Shown piece after piece: positions 57,378 through 64,000 of a stretch of 64,000 nucleotides of DNA. The DNA comes from an uncultured Clostridia bacterium (GTDB lineage Bacteria; Bacillota; Clostridia; UBA1381). The DNA is taken from NCBI GenBank assembly GCA_934454035.1, contig CAKSFY010000001.1, positions 69,483 through 133,482 of the forward strand, in the 5' to 3' direction. Position 1 is the stretch's first letter, and each line of letters begins with the position of its first letter. Below the pieces are notes generated by a model that worked only from the letters and a program-made list of their open reading frames with translations, searched no databases and was not told the origin of the DNA. A program made the position numbers and the translations under genes.

Positions 57378-59554
57378 ATGAAAAAATTTACGGCATATGT
57401 CTGTGCGGCAGCGCTCTTTCTCGGCTGTGTGCAGCTTCCGCAAAATGCGGCATATGCAATGACGGTCGTGAGCGATGCCAAGACAGCTGTCGAAAGCAGC
57501 ATGGAATCGTTTCTTTCTTTGCTTGACAAGACAGACATCGATGAAAACTTTACTCAAAGTGATCTCGAAAATCTTGTTTTTGACGCTTGCGGTTACACCG
57601 TTGACGGCAGGGTTGGGGTAGGTTTCCTTGTTGAAAAATTCAGAATTGTAAGTCCGTCGGCAGGAAATTCCGGCTATATGAGTGCTAATGTAATCATCTA
57701 TCTGGATAATGCCGAAGAAGCTTATGAGGTAAAAAAGGAGTTTTCATCATCCGGAGGTCTGAGTTTAAATGACGGAAATAATGATTCCGAAAACACCGAA
57801 ACTCCCGAAAATGCAAAGGATGTCTCGAATGCAAAAAAGAGCATTGCAGCAGCGAAAAGCGCCATAAGCGATGCGATTTGGGACTTCGAGGTCTCGAACA
57901 AAACCACTGCCGATGACATTTTGAGCATGGCAAAAGCAGCAGTCGGCGAAAACAGCGGAGTTACAATCACGCTTGACAAAGCCGATTTCAAGCTGATAAA
58001 AGCAAGCACAACTATTGAGGGAACCGTTTCTGCAACACTCACACTTGTATGCGGAGGTGTATCCGACAGAGTTACGGCTGCAAAAACCGTTCCCCCGGAA
58101 GTCACCGCGGCATCAACTGCAATTGATGAGGACAGAAGCCTGATGTCGACGTCATCGCCTACACAAACAGGACTACCGAAGACGATGTGCTTGCCGCAGC
58201 TGAAAAGGCAGTGAAAAACAGCTCAAAGGTTTCTTTAAAATACTTTAACAAAAAGAAAGCAACCTTTGAAGAACAGGGCGAAATTATCTGTTATCTTACA
58301 CTGACTCTGGACGGCGAGGAAAGAGAGACCCGTTTTTCAGAAAAACTTCCCATACTTGTGAGAAATATACCGACAGACAAAATATCGGTAAACAAGGAAG
58401 AATGGGAGATTTTAAGACTAACCAATATTGAGCGCGAAAAGGTCGGCGTGAGCCTTTTGACAATGATAAATCAGCTTCAGGAGGCATGCGATATCAGAGC
58501 GGTCGAACTGGCGGAAAAGTTTTCTCACGAAAGACCTAACGGTGAAAAACCGTTTACCGCAATAAAAGGCTTCTCATCTCCGTCCGCAAGCGAAAACATT
58601 TACAGATGTGACGCTCCTTCAATAGCTGTAACGGGTGCACGCGCAATGAACTCATGGATGAACAGCGACGGTCACAGAGCGGCTATCCTAAGGGACGGCT
58701 CTGTCTATATCGGTACCGGTACATATGATGACAAAACCTACGGAACAGCAGTTCAGCTGTTTGCCGGCGGTATCGGTTATATGATAAAATCTGTTGTTAC
58801 CGCCTCGGGCAAAACAAATTACATGGACGAGGACGAGCTGCAAAAGGATTATCTGATCTGTACTGCGGAGGACGGACAAGTCTCGTATGTTCCGCTTGAT
58901 ATTGAATATCTGCACAAAACAGACAACGGATACACCCTTAATATTCGTACTGTTGAACCGGTTGTTCTTACAATAGGCAATAATACGTCGGTCGGTGATC
59001 CCAAAAACGAGGAAATTAAAAAGGATACAAAATCCGAAATACCGTTTACCGATGTAAAGCCGTCAGATTATTTTGCCGAAGCTGTTTTGTGGGCGGTCAA
59101 AGGTTCTATTACCGCCGGAACAAGCGATACTACATTTTCACCGGATCAGACCTGCACAAGAGCGCAGATTTTAACATTCTTGTGGCGCGCGGTAGGCGCT
59201 CCGAAAGCCGAAACCGCAAATCCGTTTACGGACGTTTCCGCTGACGATTATTATCATGACGCAGCAATCTGGGCATATGAAAAAGGCATGGTTTCGGGCA
59301 ATAAATTCGAGGGAACCACACCCTGCACAAGAGCCTCCACAGTTGAATACCTCTGGAAAAATGCAAATTCTCCGAAAAACACCGTTTCAAATTCATTTGA
59401 AGATGTTCCTGCGGACGCGCATTATACCGAGGCTGTTGCGTGGGCAGTTGAAAACGGAGTTACCGCCGGAACAAGCGATACTACGTTTTCACCGGATACT
59501 ATCTGTTCAAGAGGGCAGATTGTTACATTCTTAAAAAGAGCAGTTAACAAATAA
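57378..59554 (+). pseudogene. Secreted protein with three N-terminal repeat modules, a CAP (SCP/PR-1, YkwD-like) domain and three C-terminal SLH repeats, split by a 1-nt frameshift
   Basis: ORFs 57378..58214 (frame 0) and 58187..59554 (frame -1; nominal GTG start) overlap. The second frame is open back to 58130 and continues a repeat module begun in the first ORF. The total span of 2177 nt is 3n-1. There is a signal peptide with AYA cleavage. The CAP motifs are HERPNG...SENI...WMNSDGHRAAIL, and the SLH motifs are FTDV...AVLWAV. Confidence 0.7.
59039..59554 (+). repeat. Dispersed direct repeat copy 1 (SLH-triplet coding region)
   Basis: It aligns colinearly with 60296-60808. I counted about 32 mismatches over a 240-nt core stretch by eye, roughly 85-90 percent identity. 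Confidence 0.8.
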
Positions 59555-59584
59555 GACTGTTAAAAAAACAAAGGAGTTTTTACA

Positions 59585-60808
59585 ATGATTAAAAAAGTAT
59601 TAAGTTTATTATTATCGGCATGCATATTATTTGCCGCATTACCATGTTCGGTTTTTGCACTCGATGAAGTGGGTGAAATTGATGCAGCAAAGAAAGCATT
59701 AAGAGCAAGTGAAAGCACAATCTTGTGCTACAACGATATGCCGCTTGAAGCATTTTTGGCTGAAGCTTCTAAAGTTCTTCCCGAGGGCAGCACCGTTAAG
59801 CTTTCAATCCCGAAAGAATCCGATTACCGAATTTACAAAGCTACAAGCGAAAAAGACGGTTCGATTTTTGCAAATATTACATTTACTTGCGGAATTTACA
59901 CCCGTCAGGATATGTATACAATGAAAATTCCTATGCTCACGGGCGACGCGGCTGCAAATAATGCCGATAAAGAAAATCTTGCTAAAGATATGTCTGCCGC
60001 ACGCGAAGTATTCAAAGGAATTTCGCTCGATCCCGATATAACCGCCGAAGGTATACTCGAAATGGCAAAAGCAGCCGTTAAAAACGGAAGTACGCTTGAG
60101 CTTACAGGCGAATTTGAAAAGGTAGATTCAACGACAACGAAAAAGGGTTCGGCAAAATGCTTCATTAAATTTACTTTGAACAACGAAACCGATACATTAA
60201 AGGTTTACAACACACTCCGTTTGCTTGAAGAAAATCCTGCGGAAGATACAAAAACAGATGAAAACAAAACAGATGAAAACAAACCGTCTGCCCCAATAGC
60301 TTTTACTGATGTTGCAGATAGTGCATATTATGCAGAATCGGTAAAATGGGCAGTTGAAAAATCAATCACCTCCGGCACAAGCGATACAACTTTCTCTCCG
60401 GATCAGACCTGTACAAGAGCACAGATTTTAACATTTTTGTGGCGTGCGGTAGGTGCTCCGAAAGCAGAAACCGCAAATCCTTTTGCAGATGTTTCCGCTG
60501 ATGATTACTACTACAATGCAGCAATCTGGGCATATGAAAAAGACATGGTTTCCGGCGATAAATTCGAGGGAGCTACTCCCTGTACAAGAGCCTCCACAGT
60601 TGAATATCTCTGGAAGAATGCAGGCTCTCCCGCTGCCGGCGATGTAGGTTCATTCGATGATGTTGACGACAATGCGGAATATGCTTCTGCCGTAAACTGG
60701 GCAGTTGATGAAGAAGTTACAAGCGGGGTTTCCGATACGGAATTTGCACCCGATACAATTTGTTCAAGAGGACAGATTGTTACATTCTTAAAAAGAGCAA
60801 TCGGCTAA
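59585..60808 (+). CDS. Secreted protein with two N-terminal repeat modules and three C-terminal SLH repeats (paralogue of the upstream gene)
   Basis: It has a signal peptide (ALPCSVFA), a TKTDENKTDENK linker, and a C-terminal 170 aa near-identical to the upstream gene. An AAAGGAG SD lies upstream. There is no terminator between the two genes. Confidence 0.85.
   Translation: MIKKVLSLLLSACILFAALPCSVFALDEVGEIDAAKKALRASESTILCYNDMPLEAFLAEASKVLPEGSTVKLSIPKESDYRIYKATSEKDGSIFANITFTCGIYTRQDMYTMKIPMLTGDAAANNADKENLAKDMSAAREVFKGISLDPDITAEGILEMAKAAVKNGSTLELTGEFEKVDSTTTKKGSAKCFIKFTLNNETDTLKVYNTLRLLEENPAEDTKTDENKTDENKPSAPIAFTDVADSAYYAESVKWAVEKSITSGTSDTTFSPDQTCTRAQILTFLWRAVGAPKAETANPFADVSADDYYYNAAIWAYEKDMVSGDKFEGATPCTRASTVEYLWKNAGSPAAGDVGSFDDVDDNAEYASAVNWAVDEEVTSGVSDTEFAPDTICSRGQIVTFLKRAIG
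60296..60808 (+). repeat. Dispersed direct repeat copy 2 (SLH-triplet coding region)
   Basis: This is the partner of 59039-59554. Both copies end with the same ...CSRGQIVTFLKRA sequence. Confidence 0.8.
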
Positions 60809-60813
60809 ATATC

Positions 60814-60847
60814 AAAAAAGGCGGTGTTTGACACACCGCTTTTTTTA
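60814..60847 (+). terminator. Intrinsic terminator of the SLH paralogue pair
   Basis: The stem GCGGTGT / ACACCGC closes a 5-nt loop, with A6 before it and T8 after it. Confidence 0.8.
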
Positions 60848-61087
60848 GTGGATAGGAAAAAATGTTTCGGAACGCTCAAACCAAACCCGACGGTGTACGT
60901 GAGTACTCCGAGCGGTTTGGTGAGGGCGCAGCAAAAAGGCATTGTAATATAATAAATTCGAAAATTTTGAGATTTTTTTCAAAAATCATTAAAACAGATT
61001 ATTTTATAATGTATACTTTTCAAGTAATATATGCCTTTTTTGCATTCCGGACTTTTTTTACATCCCCTTTTTTCATCCCATTTTACT

Positions 61088-62863
61088 TTATTCAGACCTT
61101 TGCATAAGCTGCTGCGTATATTTATCCAGCAGCTCCGTATAATATTTTTTAAAATCAATATTATCTTTCTTTATACTGTCACTGTATTCGTGTATAGTAT
61201 AATTGTCATTTCCGAATTGGGCAACATATATCGCCAGGTTTGAGCAGTGGTCGCAAATTCTTTCAAAATCGTTTATAATGTCAAGATAAGCAATTCCCAC
61301 CTGAACCCAACATTCTTTATTCTGCATACGTTTTACATTTCTGTCCTTGAGCTTTAAAGAAATGCAGTCCATAACCTCCTCCATAGGCTCAACCCTCTCG
61401 GCAAGCTTTTTGTCATTGGTTTTAAATGAAGTGAATGCAGCTGCTATAATATCCTCCAGCAGTCTGCGGAGTACCTGTACCTCGCATTTAGCTTCGTCTG
61501 AAAGCTTTAGATTATCATTATACATACCGAATGCCGATTCTGCAATATTCAGTGCATGGTCTCCTATGCGCTCTATATCGCTTATGGCATGAATGAACAA
61601 AGAAGCGGTATGCGATGTTGCCTCATTGGACTTTGCCGATATTTTGGAAAGTGATGTCGCCAGTACATCCTCATAATTATCTATAAGCTTTTCATTTTTA
61701 TTTATACACTTGAATTTTTTTTCGTCAAATTCATAAAGAAGATCCAAACAAAGGTCAATGTTTCCGAGTGATAAATCCGCCATCTCTCTTATCGTATTTC
61801 TGCAGGTTTCGATTGCAACGTCCGGCATATTAAGAAGCCTGTCATCTATATGCATTATTTTACGGCTGCTTTCCTCCGGAGAGTCTTTTATTGTCTTTTC
61901 CGCAAGGAAAATAAGCTGATTCGTAAACGGCAGCATTACAACAGTCGTGAGAACATTAAACGCAGTGTGTATTGCCGCTATCTGAAATGTGTTTACCGTC
62001 TTTGCGGCAAATGAAAACTCGAAAAAGCGACCCAGCGAATAGTATACGATTATAAACAAAGCCGCACTGATTACCTTATAATACATCTGCACAACAGCTG
62101 TTTGCTTTGCCTTTTTATTCGCATTGACCGAAGAAATCAAAGCAGTTGTGCATGCACCGACATTTTCGCCTATCAAAATCGGGATTGCAGTACCGAACGA
62201 AATAGCCCCGGTTACGGATAATGCCTGCAAAACGCCCACCGACGCGGAACAGGATTGCAAGACGGTTGTAACGACAATTCCCACAACCACACCCAGTATC
62301 GGATTTTGGAAAATTGTCAGCATGTTTTTAAATGATTCGCTTTGCGAAAGAGGTGACATTGCATCGGTCATTACACACATACCGTACATCAATACGCCGA
62401 AGCCCAAAATAATGCTTCCGACATTTTTAACCTTATCTTTTCTGAAAAACAGCACCATAATTCCGCCGATAAATATAAGCAGCGGAGAAAAGCCCTCAGG
62501 CTTCAAAAGCTTAAATACAACGCTCGCTCCGTCCAAACCGGATAAACTCAAAAACCATGCGGTAATTGTAGTTCCTATACTTGCTCCCAAAATCACGCCT
62601 ACGGTCTGCTCAAGCTGCATTATTCCCGAGTTTACAAACCCGACCAGCATTACAGTTACTGCTCCCGACGATTGTATTACCGCGGTAACAAACGTACCGA
62701 GAAGTATGCCTTTATATTTATTTGAAGTAAGCTTTTCAAGTATTTTCTCAAGTTTTCCGCCGGCACACTTTTCCAGGCTGTCACCCATTACATTCATTCC
62801 GTAAAGGAACATTCCCAATCCGCCCAAAAGCGAAATTATATTAAACACAGTCATTGCAATCAC
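61088..62863 (-). CDS. Na/Pi cotransporter family protein with C-terminal PhoU-like domains
   Basis: The N-terminal polytopic half has duplicated QSS/QSC motifs (VIQSSGAVTV, VLQSCSASVG). The C-terminal half is helical and PhoU-like. The product is 591 aa. Confidence 0.85.
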   Translation of the reverse strand: MIAMTVFNIISLLGGLGMFLYGMNVMGDSLEKCAGGKLEKILEKLTSNKYKGILLGTFVTAVIQSSGAVTVMLVGFVNSGIMQLEQTVGVILGASIGTTITAWFLSLSGLDGASVVFKLLKPEGFSPLLIFIGGIMVLFFRKDKVKNVGSIILGFGVLMYGMCVMTDAMSPLSQSESFKNMLTIFQNPILGVVVGIVVTTVLQSCSASVGVLQALSVTGAISFGTAIPILIGENVGACTTALISSVNANKKAKQTAVVQMYYKVISAALFIIVYYSLGRFFEFSFAAKTVNTFQIAAIHTAFNVLTTVVMLPFTNQLIFLAEKTIKDSPEESSRKIMHIDDRLLNMPDVAIETCRNTIREMADLSLGNIDLCLDLLYEFDEKKFKCINKNEKLIDNYEDVLATSLSKISAKSNEATSHTASLFIHAISDIERIGDHALNIAESAFGMYNDNLKLSDEAKCEVQVLRRLLEDIIAAAFTSFKTNDKKLAERVEPMEEVMDCISLKLKDRNVKRMQNKECWVQVGIAYLDIINDFERICDHCSNLAIYVAQFGNDNYTIHEYSDSIKKDNIDFKKYYTELLDKYTQQLMQRSE

Positions 62864-62997
62864 TCCTAAAATGCGGCGGAACTGTTCGCTCTAGAAATAT
62901 ATTTGTCATTAGTATAGCACATATTATATATATTTTATCATATTAAACCGTTATCGTCAACCAATAATTTTCCGGTCAAAAATACAAATAATCAGGT

Positions 62998-64000
62998 TTA
63001 CATCTTTTTTTGAAACAAGCTCGTCACAAATCCCTCAAGAGCCGTCCAGTCATCGGTTTCTCCGTTTTTAATTGCCAAATCAATCTCGGCAGCGGCACAG
63101 ACGCAATCAATCAGAAAATCATCTCCGAACGATTTTTTCATATATTTGCGCGCAATAAACGGCGGCACCTTAAGCTTTCTTGCAATGCCGTCCGCATTCT
63201 CGCCCTCACGCAGCAAAAGAGACGCATAGAGCATTTTATCAAAGGTTGAAAACAACGTAAACAAAATGTTATATGCCGATTCTCTGACAGTTTTCATATC
63301 AGCCAGTATAGACAGCGCCTTATCCGCATCATGAGCCATAACCGCGTCCGTCATTTCAAATATCCTTATATTCAGCGATTTTGACACAAGGCGGTCAATA
63401 TCCGAGCGCGTTATTTCTACGTCACAAAAGTCGGTCAGCTTGTCCATCTCATTTTTAAGATTTTCCAGTCCCTCGCAGCAGACCTCCGCAAGATAAGCGG
63501 CATTGTCCTTTGTGATTTTTTTCTTTGCCGCAAGTGCCTGCCGCTCTATCCATGTGACAGTATCGGCAGCGGACAGTCTCGAGAATTCGGCTACCGCTCC
63601 GACCTTATTAATCGCTTTATATATTACGCTCCGCTTGTCAACTTCCTTTTCGGCAAATACTATCGTCAAGTATTCCGGAATATCGGACAGCAGCTCCGTC
63701 CAAAAGCTTTTAATTTCTTCATTGGCAGATTTTAAAATCCCGGTATCGCGAATCATAAGCAGTTTTTTCTCGCTCATCATCGGATATGTCTCGGCAAAAT
63801 CAGAAATTTCCGAAACGGGGATCTTTGCGTCATCCGCAATCATCTTGTTAAAGTCCGGCATACCGCCGTCGGGTATGGCGTCGGCGAGCCTTTTTGCATA
63901 CAAATCCACCAGATAAGTTTCATCGCCGCAGAATAAATAAGCCTGCTTCAGATTATTCGCACTTATGCTTTTTTTCAGCTCCGCCGCAGTAATAATCGCC
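62998..64000 (-). CDS. holA: DNA polymerase III delta subunit (N-terminus outside window)
   Basis: The frame stays open past the nominal GTG at 63909 to the window edge, reading ...LKQAYLFCGDETYLVDLYAKRL, which is the typical HolA N-terminal region. The C-terminal half is helical. Confidence 0.8.
   Translation of the reverse strand, partial: AIITAAELKKSISANNLKQAYLFCGDETYLVDLYAKRLADAIPDGGMPDFNKMIADDAKIPVSEISDFAETYPMMSEKKLLMIRDTGILKSANEEIKSFWTELLSDIPEYLTIVFAEKEVDKRSVIYKAINKVGAVAEFSRLSAADTVTWIERQALAAKKKITKDNAAYLAEVCCEGLENLKNEMDKLTDFCDVEITRSDIDRLVSKSLNIRIFEMTDAVMAHDADKALSILADMKTVRESAYNILFTLFSTFDKMLYASLLLREGENADGIARKLKVPPFIARKYMKKSFGDDFLIDCVCAAAEIDLAIKNGETDDWTALEGFVTSLFQKKM

Noticed and set aside
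58130-58165. Programmed -1 ribosomal frameshift joining the two CAP/SLH ORFs
   Set aside because: No slippery X XXY YYZ heptamer exists in frame 0 within the window where both frames are open. No obvious downstream stimulatory hairpin is present either. A 1-nt deletion or a sequencing error is more parsimonious.

Overview
This 64-kb window looks like core chromosome from a spore-forming Firmicute of the class Clostridia. Supporting signs are SLH-anchored wall proteins, a V-type ATPase, a type-A RNase P RNA and sporulation genes (gpr, a SipL-like gene, a PdaB-like gene). It is densely packed, with about 58 protein genes and one ncRNA. That ncRNA is rnpB on the minus strand (32944-33275), which the ORF track misreads as three ORFs.

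Gene blocks in order:
- GH2 beta-galactosidase (5' partial), then LiaF-like, LysE-family and PflX-like radical SAM genes
- purE-purM-purN, a PurO-type IMP cyclohydrolase, an AICARFT-only purH, and purD
- a NUDIX hydrolase, then gpr plus a pair of M16 peptidases
- a 7-gene overlapping minus-strand operon: AI-2E permease, two flavoproteins, TIGR01212 radical SAM, and a metal ABC importer
- an SLH wall protein, then dxs-tlyA-ispE-comFC, pnuC and a polysaccharide deacetylase
- esterase-rimM-trmD, then argD-argF-GNAT-MBL-argC
- a rhamnulokinase-like kinase, a SipL-like gene, gatCAB and nrdR-mnmE
- ACT/UPF0210 genes in line with nine V-ATPase genes, then a thioesterase
- two paralogous secreted SLH proteins (one frameshifted), a Na/Pi cotransporter and holA (partial)

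I found no transposase, integrase, phage, CRISPR, toxin-antitoxin or recognisable defence genes. This is not an accessory island, and I cannot honestly point to a clear-cut new system.

The items most worth a second look are:
- a pur-operon leader with an SD-led 23-codon hydrophobic mini-ORF and a terminator, but no recognisable purine riboswitch
- GNAT and MBL genes embedded in the arg operon
- the ACT-UPF0210 pair fused in line with the V-ATPase operon
- an uncharacterised ~90-aa module repeated five times in two adjacent SLH proteins, one of which carries a frameshift
- a 15-unit 9-bp tandem repeat

All calls come from reading the sequence and translations by eye. No database search was run.
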